A stretch of DNA of 64,000 nt from Anolis carolinensis (Eukaryota): positions 289,301,402 through 289,365,401 of the forward strand of contig NC_085841.1 in NCBI RefSeq assembly GCF_035594765.1, written 5' to 3'. Positions 12,661 to 24,720 of the stretch are shown piece by piece. Made by a program: the position numbers and the translations under genes. The notes below the pieces were generated by a model that saw nothing but the letters and a program-made list of their open reading frames with translations, searched no databases and was not told the origin of the DNA. The first letter of the stretch is position 1; each line of letters opens with the position of its first letter.

Positions 12661-14238
12661 TAATATGGCTAGTACATATCACTTTGCAAACAAAGAGAAA
12701 GACAAACCCTGCCTTGAGGAGCTTATAAATGAAGAAGAGCAAGATTAGACATGGAAGAGTTTAGATAAGGTAGGATTTTAGTATGACTCCATTTCTGGGT
12801 ATGTTTAAGCCACAATTCCTTAACAAGTATGTACAGATTCCTGATTACTATTGTAATTAAAATAGGTGTTCAGCAAAATGTCAAATAGAATAGGAGATTG
12901 ATTATATTCCATTGATAGTTGTCAACCCATGTAGCAACTTTCCCTTCTTACCTGCTGGCTTAGAGAAAACTGTAACAAACAAATTGGTTATTTTAGCTTG
13001 GCACCAAGAGTTGCTGGTTTGGGTCCTGGCAAAAGCAAGCTGGCGGAAATTTCCACAGCTCCATCTGTGAAAGCTCTCCTTTCCAAGTTGCTATTTGAAT
13101 CGGTTGTATGTGAACTTAGAGACAGCCTGGCGGTGTGCAAGGGAAAGATCCTTCCATGGCATAATGGCATAACATTGTGAATGTTGTTTTAAAAATTATA
13201 AAGAAATTGGCCAGATTCTTCACTACCAAAAGAATTATGTGCAAAGCCTACTGATCTTTGGCATTAGCAATGCTTCCTTGATTTCTCATCAATGAAATAA
13301 GTGAAGTACAAATGATTTACAGTTGATGTACAGTACATTTCAGAGTAAAAACAAGGACGCAGGGAGGAGGAAAAATGGGGTAATGTGTTAGCACTTTTAA
13401 GACTGTTTTTTAATTTTTTAGCATGACATTTTGTGGATAGAATGGATATAAACCCATTTCTTCAGATCTAGTAGTACACAGTGAAATTAAGGTCTCAGTA
13501 TAAAGCACATTTATATGCCTGAGACTGCATGCTGTGAGGGAGCACTTTGATGACCTCCAGGAACACAGGCCAGGGTAAAATGAGCTTGACACTGTGTGCC
13601 AAGACACAACACATGCAGGGCTAGAGCTGTGAGCTATTTATGGACTTCATAACAAAAGCCCATGGATTTGTCACACATCGTGGTGAATCCATGGGCTCCC
13701 GGAGGGTTGTGTGGAGAACCCATCACTCCATGCCCTGCATCTCATGACTTACTGTGACCCCCATCCCATAGGGGAAAATGTCACCACTCAGCTTCCCCTC
13801 ATTGCTGGGAAGGCAACATGGGAAGGCTCCCATGTTGTTGTGGCGGTGGTATATGCCTCTTGTTCTCCCCTTTCTGGATAGATCCCAGTCAGAAGTACAC
13901 AAGCATTGTTTAATGGGCTCCATTCTGAAAGATGAGAACAAGTGGCATACAACGGGCCAAGTAGCCCATCTGATGAGATTATAAGATGAGTCCACCCACT
14001 CATGAATCCACTTTGCAGTTCCTGTTTGCAACCCACTCTCCCATACTCAGTCTAGTGTGAGTTTTCCTAGTTGCATTGGGGCTGGGTAGGATTTTTCTCA
14101 CGTTTACTCCATACTGTATTCATGAAAGTTTGATAATTGGTTAAGGGTGATGTCAATAGGCTGTCAATGGCAGGTATTGGGGGAAGAAAATAAGTTTGGT
14201 GCACCCCATTTTGGTGAAGGGCAGAACTGTCTTTAGGT

Positions 14239-14373
14239 CACTGGTTCCCAAGCTTTGGTCCTCCAGGGATTTTGAATTTCAGTTCCCACAATTCCTAATA
14301 GCTGGTAAGCTGGCTGGGATTTCTTGGAGTTGAAGTCCCAAATACCTGGAGGACCAAAAGTTGGGAACCACTG
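14239..14373. mobile_element. hAT MITE
   Basis: TIRs cactggttcccaa / ttgggaaccactg; internal sequence shared with 7335-7469. Confidence 0.85.
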
Positions 14374-14954
14374 CTTTTGGCTGGATGAGGGAGGTTACAC
14401 TTGGAGGCTTGGTCTCTCTTACAGAGTCTTGGGATTTGGAAGGGAGTGTCCTAGGCTTGCTTTCCAGGAAACAACCAGCCAGGGAGGGTGACCTATAGCA
14501 CTGGATTTCCATCAGGATAAGATATTTTGCTTAATGGAAGGCTTAAGAGGTGGTCACAGGTTGACACCTGGCCTCAGACACATATAGGTTTGCTCCCCTT
14601 TACTTTGGCTCATCTGTAGGCACAACTGATTTAAATATGCTCTAGGTCAAATCAAGTGGCCCTTGTCTAACCAAGTTCTCTATGTCTGGTCTTGTTATTT
14701 CATGGTTGGTCATTATTATACCTTGTAGGGAGTGTGATGGAATGTAATAGTATCTATAAAGATGCAAATCATGTTCCTTGCCCTAAATTTTCAAAGGGTT
14801 GGGCAAGGTGATACAAGTCATTCAAGTCTTTACAGTAGTCAGTTAGGACTGGTGTGTGAAAACAATAAATTTATTTACCAAAAGTCTGTTTCCTTGAGTT
14901 CAGAACTTTATGAGAAGATCCTTTTTCTTATATTTGTAGTAGTGAAGTATATAA

Positions 14955-15412
14955 GGGGCCGGGCTGTGGCGCAGCTGTTGAGCAGCTGCCTTAAATCACT
15001 CTGACCATGAGGTCATGAGTTCGAGGCCAGCCCGTGGCGGGGTGAGCACCCGTCAATTAAAAATAAAAAATAGCCCCTGCTCGTTGCTGACCTAGCAACC
15101 CGAAAGATAGTTGCATCTATCAAGTAGGAGATAAGGTACCACTTATAGTGGGGAGGCAAGATTAACTAATTTACGACCTGGAATGAGGAAGTGCCGTCAG
15201 TGTGGATGATGAAGCAGCTGCTCCCCCCTGTGGCCAGAATCAAACATCCCCTCAGAAGGTTAACTTGCCTCTGCGTGTGTCTCTCAGTCTCTGTTTGATG
15301 TGTTTATGGGCATTGAATGTTTGCCCTATGTGTGTTATAATGTGATCCGCCCTGAGTCCCCTTCGGGGTGAGAAGGGCGGAATATAAATACTGTAAATAA
15401 ATAAATAAATAA
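14955..15412 (+). mobile_element. tRNA-derived SINE with L2-derived tail (Anolis SINE2-like)
   Basis: A box tggcgcagctg and B box gagttcgaggcc. Tail ccgccctgagtcccc...gggcggaatataaata(taaa)n resembles the L2 3' end at 1395-1445. Confidence 0.85.
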
Positions 15413-15921
15413 GTTGTGTGTATGCAATAAAGTTTGGTCTTGGAAGGAATGGGATTATATTTTAATTCATCCTAGTGTAGTGTAAGCTTAACTACAACTG
15501 GCAAGGTAAACATGGACTGCCCCAGGATTTTTTACTGAGTGCATGTAGACTAACAAAACTGAGAGAAAAGGGGAAGATAGATAAATTTACCTCACCAGAA
15601 CAGAGATCTATAAGGATGGCCACCAAAATGGAAACCATAAGAGGCATAGAGATTGATGAAAGAAAAAAAAAGATCCTTGTATACATTTTGAAATAAACTT
15701 TGAAGTATTATCTAGGAGATTAAAATGTTTCTATTTATTTATTCAAAGCTTATCTGACCTGGTTGCATTATTTTAATACATTTTGTGTAAATGTCCAGGA
15801 ATACATCTACTTCATTAATGGAGGTTTATCTTTACTATGGCTGATAAACCTCCATCATGATCTGTAGAAAATTCCTCCAGCAGTCCTCATTTAAGGTTCT
15901 CCTAAATACCTCCCTCTGAAT

Positions 15922-16004
15922 GTGTGTATCAGAGAGAGAGAGAGAGAAGGGGGGGGGGAGAAAGGGAAGGGGGAGAGGGTGTGTGCGTGTGCGTGTGTAT
16001 ATAT
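15922..16004. repeat. Compound microsatellite (GA)n/(G)n/(GT)n
   Basis: Read directly from the sequence. Confidence 0.9.
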
Positions 16005-17288
16005 AATCGCGAGGTACCTGTAGACACCCAACATTAATACATTAATACTGTGTAGAATAGACTTATTGAGATTAATGGTATTTATTCATCACCCCTAATG
16101 TCACACCTGTTTCAGTGGCTTCCTCAAGCTAGAACTAGTGCTGGATTTTTCCCAGACTTGCACTTACAAAGTTTGATTTTCTGTAGAGAATTATAAGTTG
16201 ACGTAAGGTTAGATTACTGGTGTTATAGCCAGATCCTTTCACAGTTTACCTAATCAATTCTTCATTCATTTGGAAACCTTGGGTAATTCAGAAACATGCT
16301 TGAATTCCAAGATTCAGGACACACAAGAACTCATTCTCTAGTTAAATGTCTTCCGTCTAGTGTTCAGATAAAACTTGAGCATCGGAAACACTGGATTTAT
16401 TCTGTAGGTTGAGGACAGGACATAAGCTTAGAATGACATATTTTTTTTCATCTAGCCAACAAAGTTGATTAACTTTAATAACATTGCCTCTAATGTTTCA
16501 TTATAATCTTATTTTAAGGAAATGTTCGAGCATTTAGCATTTTTTCCCACAGCACTGAAACAATGTGCCTTTCCTTTCCAAATATCACATTCACAAATAT
16601 CCTCTTCATTGCTGCAACTCAAAGGTAAGTTTGGAAGTTTTCCATCATCCAGCTGCCAACTTACCATCATAGATTATTATCAGGAATCATTTGACTGAAG
16701 CATCTGATATATTGGAGGGTATGTTCCTGGCTCTCTTTGATTTTTGCTGTTGCTCCGATTTGAGTGCCAAATAATATCTTGCTCAATGCATTGTAAGCTA
16801 GCACATGTTGTTGCCTACTGTAGTGTTTTTTTGCATAAAGAAGACACATATGTATGAAAGGGAAATCTCTAAATAGCATTGGACCCAGATGCCTACAGGA
16901 GTGTCATTCCTTATAATTTGAGATCACCAGGGAGAATTTTTTTTCAGGTCCAATGAGTGAACTTTGTATCAATGAGAAACAGAGACTTCTCAGAGTAAAT
17001 ATGGAATGCCATCCTAATTATGAAATACTCTCCAATGGAGATTCAGCTGCACACACCTGGGAACTCATTTTTGTTTTTCAAAGTATTTTAATTGGTCAGT
17101 TTTGTCAGATTTATTGTAAGGCTTTTTGCTGCTGCTTTGATGATATATTTTAGCATTTTCATTACCTTTACATGGTCCTGAATCCTATTCATTACTAGAG
17201 CTTTTGAATTACTGAGTACTGATAAGTAGGTACAAACAGGTTGTTGGCATTTTTTTCCTTCAAGCAAGGACAGTCCACTGGAAAGTTT

Positions 17289-17428
17289 GGCCCCTTCCAC
17301 ACAGCTGCATAAAATCCACATTGTACTGGATTATATGGCAGTGTGAACTCAGATAATCCAGTTCAAAGCAGATATTGTGGATTATCTGCCTTGATATTAT
17401 GGGTTATATGGCTGTGTGGAAGGGCCCA
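17289..17428. mobile_element. PIF/Harbinger-type MITE
   Basis: TIRs ggccccttccacacag / ctgtgtggaagggccc; same family as 48205-48350 and 49465-49601. Confidence 0.85.
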
Positions 17429-17457
17429 TAGTGGTGAGATACTCTCTAGAGATATTA

Positions 17458-17769
17458 CAGTAGGTCCATTACATTTGTGGGTTTAACTTTTGTGGATTTG
17501 ATTATTTGTGGTTTCCAATACACTTCAATTGTCAACTTCTGCAGGAACCATAGAACCAAACTGGAGAACCTAGAAAGAAGACTTCTCTGAGAATCTCTGG
17601 GTCCTCTAGTGCAATTTATAGCCAACTTCTTGTAGACAGACATAGTACTGGAGGACCTAGAGATTCCTTGAAAGGTGTTTTCTCAGATTCAGTAATATAA
17701 TAATTTATGGTTTTTCACTTTTGTGAGGATCCTGGCCCCTAACCACTAGGAATATAGAGGGCTGTCTGT
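17458..17769. mobile_element. Old Tc1/mariner (Tigger-like) non-autonomous element
   Basis: TA-cagtaggtcc...gagggctgtctg-TA termini. Confidence 0.6.
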
Positions 17770-18395
17770 ATTTGTTTGGGGTGCTCACCTTCTGTTTTGC
17801 ATTTGCTATGGTGGATGAGAAGGGGGCAAGGCTAGGAAATATAAACCATATTCTCACTACATCATTTCCTTCTTCCAACAGAACCTGCCTTTGGCTATCC
17901 CATCCATGAGCTCAATTTTCTGCTTGAGCTCTCCCTCTGTGGTACTGCCAGACAAAACTTAATTACAATCATTGTGTCTTCCTCATGCAGTGATATGAGG
18001 TGGTGTCCATACAATAAGCCTGTTGTATTCCTCCCATGTTTTTCAGCTGCCTCTTTCTATCCTAGCCCCACCCCATCCCAGAAAATCCATTAAGGAGCAA
18101 AAAATAGGAATAGCAGTCCAATAAGTTTGCTAGTATGGATAGGAAAAGGAACAAGTGAGGCACAGTAGGAGAATTTGCCAGTGTGCAAGATGGATTATAT
18201 GTACAACAAAACCTCCCTTTTTATTGTTTATTCTACATTTTGTTTTTAATTCTGTTTCATGTTTTATACTAAATGTTTAATAAATTATTGTGGTTTGCTG
18301 AGGGACAATTCAGAAACACATTGCTTGTACATTTTATAGGCAAATTGTGAAGTTGGCTAGAATGGGTTTTGAGAATGGTCTGGATAAGGTTGGTT

Positions 18396-18644
18396 GGTTG
18401 TTTATTTGTTCAGTTGCTTCTGACTCTTCATGACCTCATGGACCAGCCCATGCCAGAGCTCCCTGTTGGCCATCGCCACCCCCAGCTCCTTCCAGGTCAA
18501 GCCAGTCACTTCAAGGATACCATCCATCCATCTTGCCTTTGGTTGGCCCCTCTTCCTTTTTCCTTCCATTTTCCCCAGCATCATTATCTTCTCCAAGCTT
18601 TCCTGTCTTCTCATTATGTGGCCAAAGTACTTCATCTTTGCCTT
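18396..18644 (-). mobile_element. Bov-B (RTE) LINE 3' fragment
   Basis: MKYFGHIMRRQESLEKIMMLGKMEGKRKRG closely matches 54800-55050. Confidence 0.95.
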
Positions 18645-18692
18645 TAGGTTGGGTAGGCCTGTTTATTTTATATTCTTGTATCTTAATTAATT

Positions 18693-19460
18693 ATGTGGCA
18701 GCTATAAAGGTCAATGTGATTCAAGGCTGCATCAATAGGAGTAAAGTATCTAGACAGAGGGGAGTCCCATGACTTCATCAGATGGGGGAAGAATCGGCAG
18801 CATGCTTCACTTTGCTGGCCTTTTAAGCATGGAACCTGCTGGCATCCATTACACAATGCACAACTACTTCCAAGGTTAAAGGGATGGCAACGAGGCGCAT
18901 GCTGCAGCGGCAGCAACACAGGAGACTTCGTGTTTGGCTAGGAAGAATGGCAGGCAGCCAGACAGTCACTTCCCACTCTGGTATGATCAGCTGGATGAAT
19001 TGGGCAATGCATGGTGTGGAGCAACAGATTCCCCATGCTCCCCGACGTGGACCACTGGAATTGCCATACCTTTATGATAAGGTCAATAATCCCACTCTAT
19101 TCTGTGTTGGTCAGATCTCACCTGGAATAATCAAAGGTCTGGAAGCCAAGCCCTATGAGGAGCAGCTTTGGGAACTGGGAATGTTTAGCTTGGAAAAAGT
19201 AGGTTGATAGGGGACATACTACCGATGTTTAAATATTTGAAAGGATGTCACATTAAGAAGGAGGAAAGCCATATAATGTTGTTCAATGCAGTTAAGCTGC
19301 ATTATGAAATTGAATTATGAGGCAGTATAGATGGAGTCTCCTTCTCTGAAGATTTTTAAACAGAGGGTGGCCATTTGTTGGGAGTGCTCTGTCTGTGTGT
19401 TCCTGAATGGCAGGGAATTAGACTGAATGGCCTTTGTAGTCTCTTTTAACTCTATAACTC
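18693..19460 (+). mobile_element. CR1 LINE 3' fragments, split by a foreign insert at 18767-19084
   Basis: Peptides KVNVIQGCINRSKVSR and IIKGLEAKPYEEQLWELGMFSLEK; CR1 3' end at about 19320-19460. Confidence 0.85.
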
Positions 19461-19624
19461 TATACAACAAGGCCAAAAGAAAACACAGCTAACAAACTGA
19501 TGATACAAAAGCTAAAAAAAGAAATTAATTGGCAATTATGTAAAACTGAGACTTTAAAACACTACAGTCATTTAAAAGACATTAACTGTGATGATACAAT
19601 GGTCATCAGTTTCTGTCAACAGTA

Positions 19625-19990
19625 AAGGACTGGATGAGGGCAAATAAATTAATCCAGACAAGATGAGGTACTCCTGGTCAGTCAGAAGTCAGATCAGAGA
19701 ATTGGGATCCAGCCTGTACTGGATGGGGTCACACTCACCATGAAGACACAGATCTGCAGTTTGGGGGTCCTTCTGGATTCAGCATTGAATCTGGAGGCCC
19801 ACATATCGGAGGTGGCCGGGAGGACATTTGCACATATTAAAACTTGTGTGCCAACTGCGCTCGTTCCTTAAAAAGTCAGATGTGGCCATGGTGGTACATG
19901 CCTTAATTACATCCCATCTGGCTTACTGTAAGATGTTCTACGTGAGGCTGTCTTTGAAGAGTGCTCGAGAACTTCAGCTTGTCCAAAGAG
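19625..19990 (+). mobile_element. L2 RT fragment, degraded
   Basis: Collinear with 368-740 (gactggatgagg...ccagacaagatgagg...ggtacatgccttaattac). Confidence 0.9.
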
Positions 19991-20821
19991 AATGAAATAG
20001 CTGATCATATATCCAGGGCATTCTGAAAATGCTGCTTCCCTCCATCAAGGAATAAGCATTAATCCTGAAAGCTGCCTTTAGCTGCCTTAATGTCAACTAA
20101 CCAACCAACCAATTAACAAGTCTGCCTCAAACATCACAGGGCCAAGTGCTTAAATTCTTGAAAGTAATATATGTGACGTGGCTGCATATGTATTCTACAA
20201 AGTTGTGGGAAGGACAGATGCCTTAGTATAGGACCAAGCAATAACAGCCCCTTACCACATGGCTTCATATGCATAACTTAACCACCAAATCATTTACAAA
20301 ATGGCTTTAACATGTGGATGTGTGGGAATTTTGACTACTAACCTGACACAAATCATTGCCACTTCTATTTCTACTCTAAATTTTTCTATGCAAAATTTGC
20401 AAAATTTAGCCATATATTATAGAAAAAATATTAGTGGATTCTTAAGTATATAGTTTAAAATTTATTGAAACCTAAAGGAAAATCAGAATCACTGGGTTTA
20501 CAGGTGGGAGAAACAGAGGTCAGCAATAAATAGGAAGGCCTTTCTGACCATGTTTCCTTCTGACAACTCCCTTATCCTTTCAGTAGATACTATAGGATAT
20601 GTTTTATTATAATGTTTATAATGGATACAATATACAACGATTAAATAAAAATGTAAGTATTTCTCGATCAATGTGATGCTTGTGATTAATGACTAGACAC
20701 AAGCTTTTTAAAATATCTGGTTCTATTGCTATGAGGGATAACCGAAAATCACCTCTGTCCATTTTGTTAAGGTGCTTTCATGTTAGGCTGAGTAAATGAT
20801 TCATATGACTGAAACCCAATA

Positions 20822-21144
20822 CAGTAGAATCTCACTTATCCAACACTCGCTTATCCAATGTTCTGGATTATCCAACGCATTTTTGTAGTCAATGTTTTCA
20901 ATACATCGTGATATTTTGGTGCTAAATTCGTAAATACAGTAGTTATTACATAGCATTACTGCATATTGAACTACTTTTTCTGTCAAATTTATTGTATAAC
21001 ATGATGTTTTGGTGCTTAATTTGTAAAATCATAACCTAATTTGATGTTCAATAAGGTTTTCCTTAATCCCTCCTTATTATCCAACATATTCATTTATCCA
21101 AAATTCTGCCGGCCCTCTTATGTTGGATAAGTGAGACTCTACTG
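20822..21144. mobile_element. Tc1/mariner MITE, 323 bp
   Basis: TIRs cagtagaatctcacttatccaaca / tgttggataagtgagactctactg; TA TSD; three full copies in the window. Confidence 0.95.
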
Positions 21145-21419
21145 TACCACCAAATACAAAGTAGAAAATGCCATGAAAAACTATCCCAAAGCTAAGGAAG
21201 CTTTTTAGATATTCTACTCTTTATCCAAAAATGATTTTTTCCTTAATTCTCACTTCTCTCTGTAGTCCCCCAATCTCATTCCATGCCCCTCTTTTATGCT
21301 ATCTTCACCTGTGCCCCTTGGAATATCCTGTGATGCCCCCGAGGAACATATGGCCCCAAGTTGAAGACCTCTGCCCTAGAGAACAGACATCATGCACGTT
21401 TGATGGTGTAGGTCTATAC

Positions 21420-21596
21420 CAAGCATGGGCAAACTTTGGCCCTCCAGGTGTTTTGGACTTCAACTCCCACAATTCCTAACAGCCTCAGGCCCCCTCAGGC
21501 TGTGGCTGAGGGGGAAAAGGAAGGGACCTGAGGCTGTTAGGAATTGTGGGAGTTGAGGTCCAAAACACTTGGAGGGCTAAAGTTTGCCCATGCCTG
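21420..21596. mobile_element. hAT MITE, palindromic
   Basis: TIRs caagcatgggcaaact / agtttgcccatgcctg; TSD gtctatac/atctatac. Confidence 0.9.
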
Positions 21597-22494
21597 ATCT
21601 ATACAGTTTGATCCCCTTATCCACAGATTTCATATACATGGTTTTACTTTCCCATGTTTTTTAAAATTCCTCCAAAAGTGTTTGAGGGCATCTCTGGGTC
21701 CTCCAGTGCGACTCTATGATATGCTTCCAGACCAAGCATAGTCATAATATAAGGTATCCCTGGCTTCAGGCATTTGTGGGTGACATAGAGGTTGTACTGT
21801 GCCATCTTTGTCTCATTCACATCTGCTAAATGTTCATGTATCCTACTTTCTCAGTGTCTAAGTATCAAATACAAAGAACTAAAATAGTATACTGTGCACG
21901 GGGAGTGAAGTTCACATGGTATTAAAACCAGCCCCTAGTATTAATGCTGAAGTAACCAATCTTTTAGTTCAGACAGACCTTTGGAACATTCCTCAGCTCC
22001 TGACCTGATGTAGGAAGAATCAGTTCCCAAAATTAGCATATAAATTGAGCAGAGTTAGCAGCCCTTTGCAACATTATCTTTCTTTTGCGTCATGGCAAAC
22101 TTGCTATTTTTGTTTATTTTTCTAATTAATGGAGGTGACAGGAGGGGAATTATCCACTTTCCCAGCCACTTGGCCTGGCATTGCTGAGAGGGAATATTGG
22201 GAAAGTTGCATAAAATACCAGGAACTTTAATTGAGTATTAAATTCATTACAAAGGGATAGTGTATTTTGGAAAACACAGGAACACCTGTGATGTCCCAGG
22301 AATAATAAAAAAGCAAAAAAGAGAGGTGGTATCTGCTTTTAAAATTTATTAATGAATAGTCATACACAAATTATTAACAGGGTTTTCTTGTTTTATTTTA
22401 CATTTTAAAAGGCATATTCTCCCACTTTAAGAACAGCCTGACATTCCTCTAGCAATGTAATTTGGTTTCCCCTTTGATGCTTCAAGAATAATAG

Positions 22495-22625
22495 AGGAGT
22501 CAAACCAGTGGTTTCAGCTCAGTATTGCCTCCATTGACTGGCAGTGGCTTCTCCAGGTTTCTAGAGATGCTTGGACCAAACTTATGATGTTCTACCTACA
22601 AAGTTGCTCAACCACTGAGCTACCT
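22495..22625 (-). mobile_element. Squam3-like SINE remnant
   Basis: agctcagtattgcctccattgactggcagtggc...ccactgagctac is the reverse complement of the family at 12325. Confidence 0.5.
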
Positions 22626-24585
22626 GCAAAGTACTGTCTTTTTGATGCTCATATGAATTCTCAACTCCAGGAATGGAGAAAATGCAGCCAACATTTCACA
22701 GATGAACCCTAGGATAAATACGAGCAAGCAGCATCACAGTGTGGTTAAGATGGTAAAAGAAAGGAAAAATGCACATGCTTGGGGAGGCTGCAGAATTTTG
22801 CTTTTGCCTGAGCCTAAAGAAAATGACAAGTTGAGACCCCATCTATCTTCTTGCCACTGTTAATGAACTAAGTTTTCAACAATTGAAGTAAGTGGAAGAA
22901 AAAAAGTAAGGGAGGTAAGAAAAACCAGGATCTTTTAAAAACAGCTGCAAAGTGGGTTGGCAGAGGATCAATTGCTGTCAAATGGGACCATATGAGGGCT
23001 GTATGGATCCCATTTCAACCCTCTAGTTCCAACATGCATTTTTTGTTTAAAAAACCCAGTGTTTTGATGTAAAAGGCTCCTCTTCCTCTCAAGTGGCAAC
23101 GGAGGTCAATTTTACAACATTGTTCTCTCTCCAGTCTATTTGATCATGCGACCTGGGCACCTGCACAGCCTGTTGTCCAGTTATTCCCACATTAAGGCTC
23201 TGTTTGTCCTCTCGTGGGCCTTTATATTTAAACTGGATGTGAGCTGTTCAGCCTTTTAGACACACAATATGTTCAACAAAGGTATGCCAACTATCAGACA
23301 GGACACGTGTACCAGAAGACCTCTTCACTGAATCGATCACTAAGTCAGCCAATTATCTGATTGCAATTGAAGGGAACCATAGATTTTAGTTAAAAGGTAT
23401 AAAAACAGTGACAGCAATACAATACTATCTGCTAAGACTCCCAATTTTTTATTTCTTGATTTCACTTCTTTCTTCTTCATGCCCCAGCAAGATCTATCCA
23501 AACATCTTCTCCCTCTTTTTCTTTCTTCCTCTTTTGTCTTCCTTTTTTTTTTGCCCCCCCCCCTTTTTTTTAACTTACGGCAGTTTTAAATCTCTCTTTA
23601 TTCTCTAGCTTGTCTTCTTCTCTCTTTCTTATCCTTTTTCTTTACTTTTATATCTCCTGTCCAAATAATATCTCTGACATTGTCTTCTCCCTCCTTCCCG
23701 CTCAGTCTTTTCCCCATTCATTTTTGTGCTTTCCAATCAGGGGACTATTTTCTTATTTGTTAGAATTCTATTTTGTTGAAATGATATGCTCTGACTTTAG
23801 AGGGGGGTTATTTAAAGTCAGAGAAAGATTCCATACTCAAATGTTACATCTCTTTTTTCTGTTTAATTTTGTATATAACAGAAACATAGATAGGCATACA
23901 TATCTGTATGTATTCAGATTATGTGTATAAGATAGGTCCCTACATTAAGATGCCTTTCCATTAATGCTTGGGCTAGTGGGAAATGGTCTGGATTTGCATT
24001 TCATTATTATTATTATTATTATTCTGTTTTCTTCTCTTAAACAAGACTGAAAGTGCCTCACAACACTACAAGCAACACAAATTACAATTTAATGCTATAA
24101 CATATTAGCATTAAAATAGAATTAAACATAGAATAATTAAATCAAGTCATTAATAATCACCTAAAACCATTACAAATTGTAAAAATAGTTAAAATACTAC
24201 ATAGCACTGTTGGCTTGCTCCTAAACTCATTCTTCTTTAAAAGTCTGCCTGAATAGAAAGGTTTTAAGAAAACATCCATTTTGCATCTCATGGAATAGGA
24301 GGTATGTTGCCTCATAAATCCTTAATTTTTGAGTCTTGTCCTGAGGTTGGAGGGAAAGTGTGAACAAAACCAGACAATTCAAAGAACAGAAAGAAAGCAT
24401 TAGTGGGAAATGAAGTTCAACCAGAACAAGATTGTCAGATTTTTGTATATCTATTTCTAATAGGCCAGTCAAGTTTAAAAATAATTATGGCCCTTCACTC
24501 ATTGGTTGGAGAAGAGTTTAGCCTCTACTTTACCCTCAAAATAGATATTAGCCATTCCTGAACTGCAGCATGATCTGTCCTAGAT

Positions 24586-24720
24586 CAGTGGTTCTAAACG
24601 TGGGGTCCTCAGATGTTTTTGGCCTTCAACTCCCAGTAAGCCTAACAGCTGGTAAACTGGCTGGGATTTCTGGGAGTTGTAGGCCAAAAACATCTGGGGA
24701 CCCCAGGTTGAGAACCACTG
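24586..24720. mobile_element. hAT MITE
   Basis: TIRs cagtggttct / agaaccactg; near-identical to 7335-7469; flanks gtcctaga/gtcttaga. Confidence 0.9.

Noticed and set aside
12952-12969. 18-nt minus-strand microexon (ttacag|ttttctctaagccagcag|gtaaga)
   Set aside because: The splice signals are plausible, but such matches are common by chance and there is no host gene context.
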